From an uncultured Gammaproteobacteria bacterium (GTDB lineage Bacteria > Patescibacteriota > Microgenomatia > UBA10105 > UBA927), in NCBI GenBank assembly GCA_964629685.1, contig CAZVTT010000001.1:385319-449318 (forward strand): a stretch of DNA of 64,000 bases, written 5' to 3'. Shown one piece after another: positions 30,526 through 40,299 of this stretch. The notes beneath the pieces were generated by a model. That model was not told the origin of the DNA. It did not search any database and worked only from the letters and a program-made list of their open reading frames with translations. Both the position numbers and the translations under genes were made by a program. The first letter of the stretch is position 1. Each line of letters starts with the position of its first letter.

Positions 30526-31308
30526 CTACCTATAAGCATAGCAAAGCGGAATAGACGTTATATGTTTTAGTAACGGATCAGTAAAACCTGAAGTAATTTT
30601 TGTCGTAAATCCGTTTAATTTTAGTTTATGTACTATCTCGGATATTGGGCCTCCCAAAGTGTATTCAATAATGATGCAATGAATGCGTTGTAACAGTGTA
30701 TTCGGGAGAGATAGTAGTATTTCATACTCCGCTCCTTCACAATCGATTTTAACAAATTTTGCCTGCCGTATGTTGTAACGCGTAAATAAATCCGAAAGTG
30801 GCATACTCGGTACGCTTATCTGATGTAGAGCGTCACTCGTTCGTATCATGCTATTACCGCCGGTATTATTTTTATCTATATGAAGTATTCGTCCGTTTTT
30901 ATCGTTTGCTACGGCGACATTTGAAATAAATACCGGAGGGGATGTAATGTCATTGAGTAAGAGGTTCTGCTCGAGTAGGGCGTATGAATCAGGATAGGGT
31001 TCAATAGTCAGTATGTTTGTCTCGGGGAATCGTTTGGCTAAATGCACAGTTGTAGTTCCGATATGCCCCCCGATGTCAATTATCCAGTCTTGTTTATTTA
31101 TGTTAGGCAAAAAACGGTCGTAAAGTCGGATTATCATGTTTTCGGCAATGACCACCGAATCCATTGAATTTTTTCTGTATTTCATCCGGATGTTTCTACC
31201 TATCTGTACACATTCATGACCGTTTGCTGCCAAAGGTAAACCTGCTGAACGCAAAAACGAAAGCCCCATATCGGCGACAAAACTTAAAGGTTGAATGCTC
31301 TTTTTCAT
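30526..31308 (-). CDS. FkbM-family SAM-dependent methyltransferase
   Basis: Motif I IDIGGHIGTTTVHLAKRF. The family is about 250 aa. Start placed at MKKSIQPL (31308); the upstream part of the long ORF is uncertain. Confidence 0.6.
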   Translation of the reverse strand: MKKSIQPLSFVADMGLSFLRSAGLPLAANGHECVQIGRNIRMKYRKNSMDSVVIAENMIIRLYDRFLPNINKQDWIIDIGGHIGTTTVHLAKRFPETNILTIEPYPDSYALLEQNLLLNDITSPPVFISNVAVANDKNGRILHIDKNNTGGNSMIRTSDALHQISVPSMPLSDLFTRYNIRQAKFVKIDCEGAEYEILLSLPNTLLQRIHCIIIEYTLGGPISEIVHKLKLNGFTTKITSGFTDPLLKHITSIPLCYAYR

Positions 31309-31384
31309 ACATGCATTGTATCCCATCCTGCCGCATTTACAGTAAAGACTAAAATGCAGTACACTGCGCATGAAGGCGGGAAAT

Positions 31385-31588
31385 ATGGCAAAAAAAACTT
31401 ACAAAATTGACGGAATGCATTGTTCCAGTTGTGCAATGTTAATTGAGGGCGAATTGGAAGACGTCGGTTTATCTGCAGTCTGTAGTTATCAGAAACAGGA
31501 AGTCACGGTAGATGTACCGGACACTCAAGATATAGATACTAAAATTATTCACGTCATTGAAAAAGCAGGGTACAAGGTAACACAGTAG
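31385..31588 (+). CDS. copZ: heavy-metal-associated (HMA) copper chaperone CopZ-like
   Basis: MxCxxC motif GMHCSSCAMLIEG, 67 aa, ferredoxin-like. Confidence 0.75.
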   Translation: MAKKTYKIDGMHCSSCAMLIEGELEDVGLSAVCSYQKQEVTVDVPDTQDIDTKIIHVIEKAGYKVTQ

Positions 31589-31591
31589 TGT

Positions 31592-32449
31592 ATGTCTTTA
31601 GCTGAATTTGAAGGTCGACTAATCTCAGGAAGATTAAGTTTAGGAATGGTCCCTGATTTTATGGCATTTTCTGAACTTCATAGAATTAATACCAGCCATC
31701 AACTTCATTTAGGTATAGAAATAAATCCACATAGGCTTGGTACGGCTCAGGGATTTCAGGAGCTCTCTCGGCGGTTTAATATAGCCGTTCAAGGGGTGCA
31801 TGGACCGATTGCCGGTATTTCCGCTGATTTTTTTAGGAATATGAAGCAAAATATCAGGAAAGATAAAGCAGAAGTAATCAAATCGTTTATTTGGTGGATA
31901 GGTTTTGGTGCGCAAAGCGATTCTTCTTATACACGGGCATACGGTAACCATGTAAATATGGCACAACAATTAGAATCATATCTTGTGATGCATCATGAAC
32001 CCCTGGAAGTAATGGGGGAAGCGGTTGTACTAGCCGCTGCTGCACAATTAAACGGCAGAATTTATCGCGAGAATGGTTGGGGTCCGGAAGACCAGCGCCC
32101 GGATTCATTATCATGGGATATTGTAAGGATCCGTGATTATGTACAAAAAATGGGAATTCGGACACTCCTGGATACGGCAACTGCAGCCAGAACGGGTGCG
32201 GCAAATGGGTATAGTATTTTGAAAGCTTTCGATGTGCTTGATCCGGCAGCTATACATTTTTCTGAGTATAACAGTGCTACGCAACAGGAAAATCAGATTC
32301 CATCCGCTACCTCTCCAAACTCGGGAGAGTTACGTGAGTTGGTGCAACAGATTAAAGGCACTGACGTAGCGTTGGTTCTGGAGGTTCGTCCTTCGCCGAC
32401 TGCGGAGTCGTCACTCCTGCGAACTTTGGAGTTTATTGATACCTGTTAG
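31592..32449 (+). CDS. hypothetical protein
   Basis: 285 aa soluble protein with no recognisable motifs, possibly a TIM-barrel-like fold. Follows copZ after a 3-nt gap. Confidence 0.35.
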   Translation: MSLAEFEGRLISGRLSLGMVPDFMAFSELHRINTSHQLHLGIEINPHRLGTAQGFQELSRRFNIAVQGVHGPIAGISADFFRNMKQNIRKDKAEVIKSFIWWIGFGAQSDSSYTRAYGNHVNMAQQLESYLVMHHEPLEVMGEAVVLAAAAQLNGRIYRENGWGPEDQRPDSLSWDIVRIRDYVQKMGIRTLLDTATAARTGAANGYSILKAFDVLDPAAIHFSEYNSATQQENQIPSATSPNSGELRELVQQIKGTDVALVLEVRPSPTAESSLLRTLEFIDTC

Positions 32450-32482
32450 ACCGCAGTCCGCGTATATGGGATACTAATAGGT

Positions 32483-33112
32483 ATGGCTCAAGGTGTTGCT
32501 TCGCCAGTTCAGGGACAGATTGCGGTAACCTACTTTGCCGCAGTATCTTCTTTAACGCAAAAGCAGTCCGGGCAAACATCATCAATTTCTATAGAAGAGC
32601 CTGATACATTATTACCTCCGGCATTTTCTCCGCTGGTCTCGTACGCTCCCTTTATACTATTTTTTGCTTTATTTATAAGCGCATTCGGTATACAACTCAT
32701 GCATAGGATTCGAGATGCACGAAGAATCATAGCTGCGTTTGCCATTGCCTTTTTTGCAGCGAGTATTCCTACGGTATTAACCGTTATGCAGCAAAGATCG
32801 GTGTCCCAAACACACGCAGGACCGGATGAAATACCACGGAACATTCAGGTAATCGACAACACGGAAAGTACTGTTATTGTAAAATGGAGCACGGATACGG
32901 AGAAAATAGGTGCGGTTCGGTTAAGCCGAGATCAGAATTCTTTTGATGACAGCGTAATGTATATCGCAGACAATGGCACTGAAGTGAAAGATCATAGTGT
33001 TACTTTGACCGATTTGAAACCGGGATCACAGTATCAATTTGAAGTGTTTTCCGGAAGCGCTTGGTACGATCATAACGGAACTCCTATTCGTTTTCTTTTT
33101 CCGGCAAAATAA
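32483..33112 (+). CDS. membrane protein with C-terminal fibronectin type III-like domain
   Basis: Two TM segments, then NTESTVIVKWSTDTEKIGAVRLS...LTDLKPGSQYQFEV, which is Fn3 / PAP-N-terminal-like. Confidence 0.45.
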   Translation: MAQGVASPVQGQIAVTYFAAVSSLTQKQSGQTSSISIEEPDTLLPPAFSPLVSYAPFILFFALFISAFGIQLMHRIRDARRIIAAFAIAFFAASIPTVLTVMQQRSVSQTHAGPDEIPRNIQVIDNTESTVIVKWSTDTEKIGAVRLSRDQNSFDDSVMYIADNGTEVKDHSVTLTDLKPGSQYQFEVFSGSAWYDHNGTPIRFLFPAK

Positions 33113-33139
33113 ATAAAAGGTGCTACAGCAATATATACC

Positions 33140-33168
33140 TAGACAGCACACTATTTTTTTAGTAGAAT
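33140..33168 (+). promoter_or_regulatory. sigma70-like promoter upstream of fusA
   Basis: TAGACA-N17-TAGAAT. Confidence 0.45.
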
Positions 33169-33175
33169 GGACGTT

Positions 33176-33211
33176 GAAGCATAGCTGCTTCGGTAACGAA
33201 GCAGTTTTTTC
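33176..33211 (+). terminator. attenuator-like intrinsic terminator in fusA leader with alternative antiterminator pairing
   Basis: CTGCTTCG-GTAA-CGAAGCAG (GNRA tetraloop) followed by TTTTTT. The upstream GAAGCA copy (33176-33181) can instead pair with TGCTTCG (33186-33191), and these two pairings are mutually exclusive. Confidence 0.5.
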
Positions 33212-33241
33212 TTCGTTGTATAAGTTAAATTATTTATTTTT

Positions 33242-35347
33242 ATGGCATCACCACAAACAGCGTTAACAGAAAATCGTGAAGTCCCTCTTGAGAAAGTAAG
33301 GAATCTTGGCATTATTGCGCATATCGATGCCGGAAAAACTACCACTACTGAACGTATATTATTCTATACCGGTCGTACATACAAAATTGGAGATATTGAT
33401 GAAGGCAATACCCAGATGGACTGGATGGAGCAAGAGCGGGAACGAGGAATTACTATCGTTTCTGCGGCTACAACTACATTCTGGAAAGGATACCGATTTA
33501 ATATAATCGACACACCCGGACACGTAGATTTTACTGCGGAAGTAGAACGGTCACTTCGTGTATTAGATGGTGGAATTACCGTACTTGATGCTGAAGAGGG
33601 TGTTCAGTCACAATCCGAAACCGTTTGGCATCAAGCAGACAAATATAAAGTTCCGCGTCTCTGTTTCATTAATAAAATGGATAAATTGGGTGCTGACTTC
33701 CGGGCAACTATAAAATCTATCGAAGATAGGCTCGGTGCTCATTGTGCTGTTATGGTAGTACCGATTGGTCGGGAAAATACATTCAAAGGTACGGTTGACT
33801 TATTGAGCCGTAAAGTTTTTATCTGGGGCAGTGACGAATTGGGTTCTACGTTTGAGGAAAGCGATCAGATTCCTGATGATTTGAAAGCAGAAGTTGAACA
33901 AAGTCGTAAGGATCTAATAGAGCGGATTGCTGAAACGGATGATGCGTTACTCGAAAAATATTTAAGCGGTGTGGAACCGACTGTAGCAGAACTGAAATCG
34001 TCCCTGCGGAAAGCAGTTATTGCATATAAGTTAGTACCGATCTATGCCGGTAGCAGCTTGCGCAACAAAGGTGTACAACCATTGCTCGATGCAGTCGTAG
34101 ACTATTTACCATCTCCTCTCGATCTTCCGCCCGTAGAAGGTACAAATCCTAAAACAGGTGAAAAAGAGACACGCAAACGTGATAGCAGTGACGCTTTTTC
34201 AGGTTTGGCATTTAAAATTCAGATAGATCCGCACGTAGGTAAATTAACTTATGTCCGTATTTATTCTGGAAAACTTACCTCAGGTTCATATACGTTTAAC
34301 TCATCAAAAGGTGGGCAAGAGCGTATCGGTCGGTTACTTTTAATGCATGCTAATCAGCGCGAAGAAATTAAAGAAGCGTTTGCAGGAGAGATTGTAGCCG
34401 TAGTCGGATTTAAAGATACGATTACCGGTGACACCATTTGTGATCCGGAGAAACCGATTGTACTAGAAAAAATTTCGTTCCCGGATCCGGTTATATCTCT
34501 GGCTATTGAACCAAAAACGAAAAATGATCAGGAAAAAATGGGATATGCATTGCAACGATTATCTGAGGAAGATCCTACATTCAAAATTAAATCAAATCAG
34601 GAAACAAATCAGACTATTATCTGGGGTATGGGTGAACTTCATCTGGAGATTTTGGTAGACCGGATGAAGCGTGAATTTAAAGTAGAAGCAAATGTGGGAG
34701 CTCCACAGGTAGCCTACAAAGAAACAATTAAGGCAAAAGCCGAAGGTGAAGGAAAGTATATTCGTCAATCAGGAGGACGGGGGCAATATGGTCACTGTTT
34801 TATCCGTATTGAACCAAAGAATCGTGGGGAAGGATTCGAGTTTGTTGATGAAATTAAAGGTGGAGCAATTCCTCGCGAATTCATTAATCCGATCGAAAAA
34901 GGTATTAAAGAAGCCATGGAAAACGGTGTAATCGCCGGATATCCTCTGGTAGACGTAAAGGTTACCCTGTACGATGGTTCTTATCATGATGTTGATAGTT
35001 CGGAAATTGCATTTAAAATTGCCGGAAGTATGGCATTACAAAATGCGACCAAACAAGCTCAACCGACAATCCTCGAACCTGTTATGAAGGTAGAGGTTAC
35101 TACACCTGATGAATTTATGGGAGATGTAATCGGCGATTTAGGTTCAAAGAGAGCCCAAATTTCCGGAACCCAAAAGCGCGGCCACGTTTCGGTTATTTTA
35201 GCGGAAGTTCCGCTGGCTGAACTTGCCGGATATGCAACTGTTCTTCGCAGTATGTCTAAAGGAAGGGCAACGTATTATATGGAGCCCAGTCATTACGAAG
35301 AAGTACCGCGAAATATTCAGGAAAAGATTATTGCAAAGACAGCGTAA
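33242..35347 (+). CDS. fusA: elongation factor G
   Basis: G1 [20 protein letters not shown], and full five-domain length. Confidence 0.95.
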   Translation: MASPQTALTENREVPLEKVRNLGIIAHIDAGKTTTTERILFYTGRTYKIGDIDEGNTQMDWMEQERERGITIVSAATTTFWKGYRFNIIDTPGHVDFTAEVERSLRVLDGGITVLDAEEGVQSQSETVWHQADKYKVPRLCFINKMDKLGADFRATIKSIEDRLGAHCAVMVVPIGRENTFKGTVDLLSRKVFIWGSDELGSTFEESDQIPDDLKAEVEQSRKDLIERIAETDDALLEKYLSGVEPTVAELKSSLRKAVIAYKLVPIYAGSSLRNKGVQPLLDAVVDYLPSPLDLPPVEGTNPKTGEKETRKRDSSDAFSGLAFKIQIDPHVGKLTYVRIYSGKLTSGSYTFNSSKGGQERIGRLLLMHANQREEIKEAFAGEIVAVVGFKDTITGDTICDPEKPIVLEKISFPDPVISLAIEPKTKNDQEKMGYALQRLSEEDPTFKIKSNQETNQTIIWGMGELHLEILVDRMKREFKVEANVGAPQVAYKETIKAKAEGEGKYIRQSGGRGQYGHCFIRIEPKNRGEGFEFVDEIKGGAIPREFINPIEKGIKEAMENGVIAGYPLVDVKVTLYDGSYHDVDSSEIAFKIAGSMALQNATKQAQPTILEPVMKVEVTTPDEFMGDVIGDLGSKRAQISGTQKRGHVSVILAEVPLAELAGYATVLRSMSKGRATYYMEPSHYEEVPRNIQEKIIAKTA

Positions 35348-35367
35348 CGTGTGCTACAATTCGCACA

Positions 35368-35419
35368 CAATCAACTAATGATTATATTGTATACTGACAG
35401 TATGATCATGAGTTGATTG
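35368..35419. repeat. nested inverted repeat in fusA-tuf intergenic region
   Basis: 15-nt arms CAATCAACTAATGAT / ATCATGAGTTGATTG (14/15 complementary) flanking a perfect 13-nt palindrome ATACTGACAGTAT. A short GTGTGC...GCACAC hairpin follows the fusA stop at 35349-35368. Confidence 0.6.
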
Positions 35420-35464
35420 CTTTTATTGGAAATTATTTACTATCTAACTTAAACAAGGAGGACT

Positions 35465-36652
35465 ATGGCAGATCAACAAAAGTTTCAACGAACAAAGCCA
35501 CATCTTAATATTGGCACTATTGGTCACGTAGATCATGGTAAAACCACACTGACATCTGCTATTACTCATGTCCTTGCAAAATCAGGACTTGCTAAAGCAT
35601 TAAAGTATGAAGAAATTGATAATGCTCCCGAAGAAAAAGCTCGTGGAGTGACCATCAATATCCATCATTCGGAATACGAAACACAAACACGACATTATGC
35701 TCATATTGATGCTCCGGGACATGCTGATTACATCAAGAACATGATCACCGGTGCCGCTCAAATGGACGGTGCAATCTTAGTCGTTTCCGCCCCAGACGGT
35801 CCAATGCCGCAAACTCGAGAACACATTCTGCTTGCCAAGCAAGTTGCAGTTCCGGCTATCGTCGTATTTATGAATAAATGCGATATGGTACAGGATAAAG
35901 AACTTTTGGATCTCGTGGAAATGGAAATTCGTGAATTGTTGACCAAATATGGTTTCCCGGGAGATAAAATTCCGGTAATCCGTGGCTCAGCTCTGAAAGC
36001 ACTTCAGGGAGATGCTGATGGCGAAAAGAGTATTCAAGACTTAATGAAAACGGTAGATGAATACGTTCCGGCTCCTACCAGAGATCTTGATCGGCCGTTC
36101 TTGATGCCAGTTGAAGACGTCTTTTCTATTAAAGGACGCGGAACTGTTGTCACAGGTCGGGTAGAACGGGGTAAGGTTCACATAAATGACACCGTAGAAA
36201 TCGTTGGTATTAAAGCTACACAGTCTACAGTGGTTACCGGTGTTGAAATGTTCCGCAAATTGCTGGACGAAGGTATGGCTGGAGATAACGTCGGAGTTTT
36301 GCTCCGAGGTATTGAAAAAGATCAGGTTGAGCGTGGTCAAGTATTGGCTGCTCCCAACAGCGTTAAGCCGCATACCGAATTTGCAGCCGAAGTGTATATT
36401 CTGGCAAAAGAAGAGGGTGGACGTCATACACCATTCTTTACAGGGTATCGCCCGCAGTTCTATATCAGGACTACAGACGTAACCGGTGAAGTAGCGTTAC
36501 CGCAAGGAGTAGAAATGGTTATGCCCGGTGATAAAACCGAGATGACAGCAAAACTCATTGTACCGGTAGCATTAGAAGAAGGTATCCGCTTCGCTATCCG
36601 CGAGGGTGGTCATACAGTTGGAGCCGGTATCATTACAAAGATTATTGCTTAA
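35465..36652 (+). CDS. tuf: elongation factor Tu
   Basis: [19 protein letters not shown] and NKCD motifs. AAGGAGG RBS. Confidence 0.95.
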   Translation: MADQQKFQRTKPHLNIGTIGHVDHGKTTLTSAITHVLAKSGLAKALKYEEIDNAPEEKARGVTINIHHSEYETQTRHYAHIDAPGHADYIKNMITGAAQMDGAILVVSAPDGPMPQTREHILLAKQVAVPAIVVFMNKCDMVQDKELLDLVEMEIRELLTKYGFPGDKIPVIRGSALKALQGDADGEKSIQDLMKTVDEYVPAPTRDLDRPFLMPVEDVFSIKGRGTVVTGRVERGKVHINDTVEIVGIKATQSTVVTGVEMFRKLLDEGMAGDNVGVLLRGIEKDQVERGQVLAAPNSVKPHTEFAAEVYILAKEEGGRHTPFFTGYRPQFYIRTTDVTGEVALPQGVEMVMPGDKTEMTAKLIVPVALEEGIRFAIREGGHTVGAGIITKIIA

Positions 36653-36699
36653 TTAAAACCTCTTTCCCTAGCCTGCCTAAGGTGTAAGAGCAAAATAAC

Positions 36700-37008
36700 A
36701 TGCCAAAGGGAAGAATACGAGTACGTTTAAAAGCTTACGATAGTCGGATTATAGACGACTGTTGTCAGAAGATTCTTGATACTGCGGTTAGGACCGGTGC
36801 TCGGGTTGTGGGACCTGTACCTCTGCCGACAGATAGAGAACACTTTAATGTGGCAAGAAGTCCCTTTATTGACCGGAATAGTCGTGAAGACTTCATGATT
36901 AAAACACATAAGCGGTTGATTGATATTATGGAACCAACCGATAAGACAATAGACCAGTTAATGCATCTTGATTTGCCCGCTGGTGTCGATGTAGAGATTA
37001 AAATGTAA
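36700..37008 (+). CDS. rpsJ: 30S ribosomal protein S10
   Basis: [10 protein letters not shown]...HKRLIDI, typical S10. Confidence 0.95.
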   Translation: MPKGRIRVRLKAYDSRIIDDCCQKILDTAVRTGARVVGPVPLPTDREHFNVARSPFIDRNSREDFMIKTHKRLIDIMEPTDKTIDQLMHLDLPAGVDVEIKM

Positions 37009-37012
37009 GCAA

Positions 37013-37041
37013 TTGAATTAGATGAGATACTTTGGTATACT
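37013..37041 (+). promoter_or_regulatory. extended -10 promoter between rpsJ and rplC
   Basis: TTGAAT-N17-TGgTATACT. Confidence 0.4.
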
Positions 37042-37116
37042 ACCGGTCTGGTAGATATGAAGGATTTAACCGTCATATCCATATAAGTACGTATCAAAAG
37101 TCTCGGATAAAGGTAT

Positions 37117-37145
37117 AACCGACCTTCACCGAGGTCGGTTTTTTG
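37117..37145 (+). terminator. terminator-like hairpin abutting rplC start; sequesters the putative SD
   Basis: AACCGACCT-TCACCG-AGGTCGGTT followed by TTTTTTG, ending 3 nt before the rplC ATG. The 3' arm contains GAGGT, the only SD-like element. Two further hairpins lie upstream (CTACC-GGTCT-GGTAG and GATATGA-N12-TCATATC). Confidence 0.5.
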
Positions 37146-37147
37146 TT

Positions 37148-37771
37148 ATGATTTCAGCATTATTAGGTATAAAAATTAATCAAACTCAACAATTTACTGA
37201 AGACGGTCGCCGGATTCCGGTAACGTTTATTCAAGTAGGGCCGTGTTGGGTTTCAAATGTGGTGAATACCGAGAATGTTAAGAGTTATCAACTTGCATTC
37301 GGTACAGCCAAACATATTTCAAAAGCAGTTGCAGGAAACATGAAAAAGGCGGGGTTAGAACAAAAGCCCCGTTTTTTACGGGAAATTCGGGTAGCTGCAC
37401 TTGATGAGTCTATCAAGCCTGGAACTGAAGTTAAAACTGAAAGCGTATTTAGTGTCGGCGATCATGTTCAGGTTATGGGTACGAGTAAAGGGAAAGGGTT
37501 TGCCGGAGTAGTAAAGCGACATGGATTCAGAGGTGGACCACGTACGCACGGTCAGGCAGATCGTGAAAGAGCTCCGGGTTCAATCGGACAGACTACCACG
37601 CCGGGTCGTGTATATAAAGGGAAGCGAATGGCCGGAAGAATGGGAAGCGATAGAGTAACCGTAAAAGGATTGCAGATCGTTTCTATAGATGCAGAAAAAC
37701 ATATTATAGCAGTAAAAGGACTTATTCCCGGTGCAAAATCCGGACTCGTAGTTATTCAGAAAGAACAGTAA
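37148..37771 (+). CDS. rplC: 50S ribosomal protein L3
   Basis: GKGFAGVVKRHGFRGGPRTHGQ signature. Confidence 0.95.
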   Translation: MISALLGIKINQTQQFTEDGRRIPVTFIQVGPCWVSNVVNTENVKSYQLAFGTAKHISKAVAGNMKKAGLEQKPRFLREIRVAALDESIKPGTEVKTESVFSVGDHVQVMGTSKGKGFAGVVKRHGFRGGPRTHGQADRERAPGSIGQTTTPGRVYKGKRMAGRMGSDRVTVKGLQIVSIDAEKHIIAVKGLIPGAKSGLVVIQKEQ

Positions 37772-37774
37772 GGT

Positions 37775-38548
37775 ATGGCACGCGTAGCTAAAACAATTAC
37801 AACAAAACCGGAAGGTAAACCGACAGTACGGAAAACACGTTCGACTGCCGTTCCTAAAGTTGCCGCCAAACCGGTAGAAAAAGCTGCGGAAAAGAAAACT
37901 GCCACCAAAGTAGCACATGGATTGGATATAGAAGTGGTGGATGTAACAGGTAAAGCTCAGGGGAAATTAACATTACCGAAAGAGTTATTCGGTGCAAAAA
38001 TAAACAAACCACTATTGGCTCAGGCCGTGAGAGTCTTTTTAGCCAATCAACGAGAAGGCTCAGCTGCTACAAAAACCCGGGGAATGGTTGCTGGTTCAAC
38101 AAAGAAAATATATCGTCAAAAGGGTACCGGTCGCGCCAGACACGGAGGTATAACGGCACCTATTTTCGTTGGCGGTGGCGTGTCCTTTGGACCTCAGCCA
38201 CGTTCGTATAGTTTGGATTTACCTAAAAATATGCGAAAAATGGCATTGGCTAGCGCATTATCACAACAATTACAGCATGGAAATGTCATAGTTGTGGACG
38301 GATTCAGTTCTTTAGAACCAAAAACAAAGCTCTTTGCGCAATCGTTTGAGCAAGTTGGTGCAACCCGACGGGTACTGCTCATTGTTCCGAAAGACGCCGG
38401 AACAGTGGTCCGTTCAACCAAAAATATTGCTTATGTAGATATTATTAGTGCAGCACAAATACATGCGTATACAATACTTGCTCATCAAAAAGTAGTGTTT
38501 ATGAAATCAGCGATAGCGGAATTGGCTCAATCCAGCAAAGATAATTAA
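37775..38548 (+). CDS. rplD: 50S ribosomal protein L4 (with about 50-aa Lys/Ala-rich N-terminal extension)
   Basis: KGTGRARHG motif and operon position. The N-terminal extension is KPEGKPTVRKTRSTAVPKVAAKPVEKAAEKK. Confidence 0.9.
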   Translation: MARVAKTITTKPEGKPTVRKTRSTAVPKVAAKPVEKAAEKKTATKVAHGLDIEVVDVTGKAQGKLTLPKELFGAKINKPLLAQAVRVFLANQREGSAATKTRGMVAGSTKKIYRQKGTGRARHGGITAPIFVGGGVSFGPQPRSYSLDLPKNMRKMALASALSQQLQHGNVIVVDGFSSLEPKTKLFAQSFEQVGATRRVLLIVPKDAGTVVRSTKNIAYVDIISAAQIHAYTILAHQKVVFMKSAIAELAQSSKDN

Positions 38549-38550
38549 CT

Positions 38551-38862
38551 ATGAAATACTCAGGGATCAAACCGGTAGTTACTGAAAAAAGTTTAGCGCT
38601 TGCCGCTAAGGGGTGGTACACATTTGCTGTTGATGAGGCTATAAGTAAGTCTCAGGCAGCCGCAGAAATTTCCGCTGCATTTAAAGTAGATGTTATTACC
38701 GTAAGATCCATTCATATGCATGGAAAGATCCGTAGATTCGGTCGCAAGATGAATGCCGTTAGGCAAGCAGATTGGAAAAAAACATTAGTTAAACTTAAAG
38801 CCGGGCAGAAGATTGATGCCTTTGAGGTAACTTCTCAGGAAGAGCAACAGAAGGCGAAGTAA
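38551..38862 (+). CDS. rplW: 50S ribosomal protein L23
   Basis: Operon position and L23-like sequence (KPVVTEKSL...). Confidence 0.9.
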   Translation: MKYSGIKPVVTEKSLALAAKGWYTFAVDEAISKSQAAAEISAAFKVDVITVRSIHMHGKIRRFGRKMNAVRQADWKKTLVKLKAGQKIDAFEVTSQEEQQKAK

Positions 38863-38873
38863 ATTATAGGTAT

Positions 38874-39629
38874 ATGGAAAAGATTCGAAACAAAAAATTA
38901 CAGGTACTATTAGCAAAACACTCTGGAAGAGATAATCAGGGTCATGTGGCTGTTCGTCATCAAGGCGGTCGTCAGAAACGGTTCTATCGTATTATTGACT
39001 GGCACAGGGAGAAAGACGGCGTACCCGCTAAAGTTGTCAGTATTGAATATGACCCAAACCGATCATCCGATGTAGCAATGTTGCAATATGCAGATGGTGA
39101 AAAACGGTATATACTTTCACCCGTTGGTTTGGTTGTTGGTCAACCTATTCTTTCCGGTGATACAGCGGACTTAAAACCGGGGAACGCTATTCGACTTGGT
39201 TTAATACCGGTAGGAACTTTTGTTCACAACCTGGAAATCCGACCCCAACGAGGTGCTCAGATGGCCAGAAGCGCAGGAACAACTGCAGTAATTTTGGCAA
39301 AAGACGGAAACACTATTCAGATTAAACTGTCATCTGGCGAAGTTAGAGTTTTCCATGCAGATTGTAAGGCAACTATTGGTCAAGTTGGAAATGTTGATTG
39401 GAAAAATAGAGTTATCGGAACTGCAGGACGGAACCGACGTCTTGGAAAACGTCCAACCGTTCGGGGTGTTGCGCAAAATCCGAGATCTCATCCGCATGGT
39501 GGAGGAGAAGGTAGAAGTGGTATCGGTATGCCATCGCCAAAGAGTCCATGGGGTAAGCGGACATTGGGTGTTAAGACCCGTAAACGCGTGAAATACAGTG
39601 ATCGTAAAATTGTTAAACGGAGGAAATAA
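38874..39629 (+). CDS. rplB: 50S ribosomal protein L2 (short, 251 aa)
   Basis: HPHGGGEGR signature. Confidence 0.95.
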   Translation: MEKIRNKKLQVLLAKHSGRDNQGHVAVRHQGGRQKRFYRIIDWHREKDGVPAKVVSIEYDPNRSSDVAMLQYADGEKRYILSPVGLVVGQPILSGDTADLKPGNAIRLGLIPVGTFVHNLEIRPQRGAQMARSAGTTAVILAKDGNTIQIKLSSGEVRVFHADCKATIGQVGNVDWKNRVIGTAGRNRRLGKRPTVRGVAQNPRSHPHGGGEGRSGIGMPSPKSPWGKRTLGVKTRKRVKYSDRKIVKRRK

Positions 39630-39632
39630 ATT

Positions 39633-39917
39633 ATGGCCCGGAGTAGTAAAAAAGGACCGTTTATAGATCCAAGACTGTTGGCAAAAGTTATGAAACAGAA
39701 AGCCAGCGGAGAAAAAGTAGTTATTAAAACCTGGGTTAGAGCGTGCCAGATTCCTCCGGAGTTTGTAGGACACCGAATCGGTGTGTATAACGGAAAAGTA
39801 CATTTGGAAGTATTTGTTACGGAATCAATGGTAGGACACCGTTTGGGTGAATTCTCACCGACACGCGTTTTCCGCGGTCACGGTCAAGTTACAAAGCGGA
39901 CAATGGATAAGACATAA
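39633..39917 (+). CDS. rpsS: 30S ribosomal protein S19
   Basis: [10 protein letters not shown] motif. Confidence 0.95.
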   Translation: MARSSKKGPFIDPRLLAKVMKQKASGEKVVIKTWVRACQIPPEFVGHRIGVYNGKVHLEVFVTESMVGHRLGEFSPTRVFRGHGQVTKRTMDKT

Positions 39918-39920
39918 TAT

Positions 39921-40295
39921 ATGGAATACCAAGCTACAGCTAAATATATACATATGAGTACCCGAAAGGTACGGGTGGTTGCTGACGGCATTCGGTCACT
40001 AAATCCTAAAGCAGCTCTGGATGCGCTAACTCATGTTGATAAACATGCGGCGAAACCCTTATCTTTGGTCATTGCCTCCGCACTTGCAAATGCGAAGCAG
40101 AAGCAAGCACAACCGGATCAATTGCGGTTTAAAATTATTGAAATTATGGGTGGACCGGCTATGAAGCGATGGCGAGCGGTCTCCCGCGGTACAGCACATG
40201 CGTATAAAAAACGAATGACACATATCCGCGTGGTACTTACAGACGAAGCTGGTGTAAAAGTTGAACCAAAAAAGAGCGTTCAAAAGGAGGGTTGA
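39921..40295 (+). CDS. rplV: 50S ribosomal protein L22
   Basis: Operon position and L22-like sequence. Confidence 0.9.
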   Translation: MEYQATAKYIHMSTRKVRVVADGIRSLNPKAALDALTHVDKHAAKPLSLVIASALANAKQKQAQPDQLRFKIIEIMGGPAMKRWRAVSRGTAHAYKKRMTHIRVVLTDEAGVKVEPKKSVQKEG

Positions 40296-40299
40296 GTAA

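Noticed and set aside
22010-33241. Mobile genetic element, prophage or integrative island explanation for the rpsG-fusA insertion
   Set aside because: There is no integrase, transposase, recombinase, tRNA attachment site or flanking direct or inverted repeats. It is reported as an insertion or variable region only, not as a mobile element.
35348-35464. Small ncRNA or tRNA in the fusA-tuf spacer
   Set aside because: There is no cloverleaf and no promoter/terminator pair. The region is better described as an inverted-repeat structure or operator within the fusA-tuf transcript.
36653-36699. Terminator between tuf and rpsJ
   Set aside because: There is only a weak imperfect stem (CCCTAG...CTAAGG) with no U-tract. 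tuf and rpsJ are probably co-transcribed.
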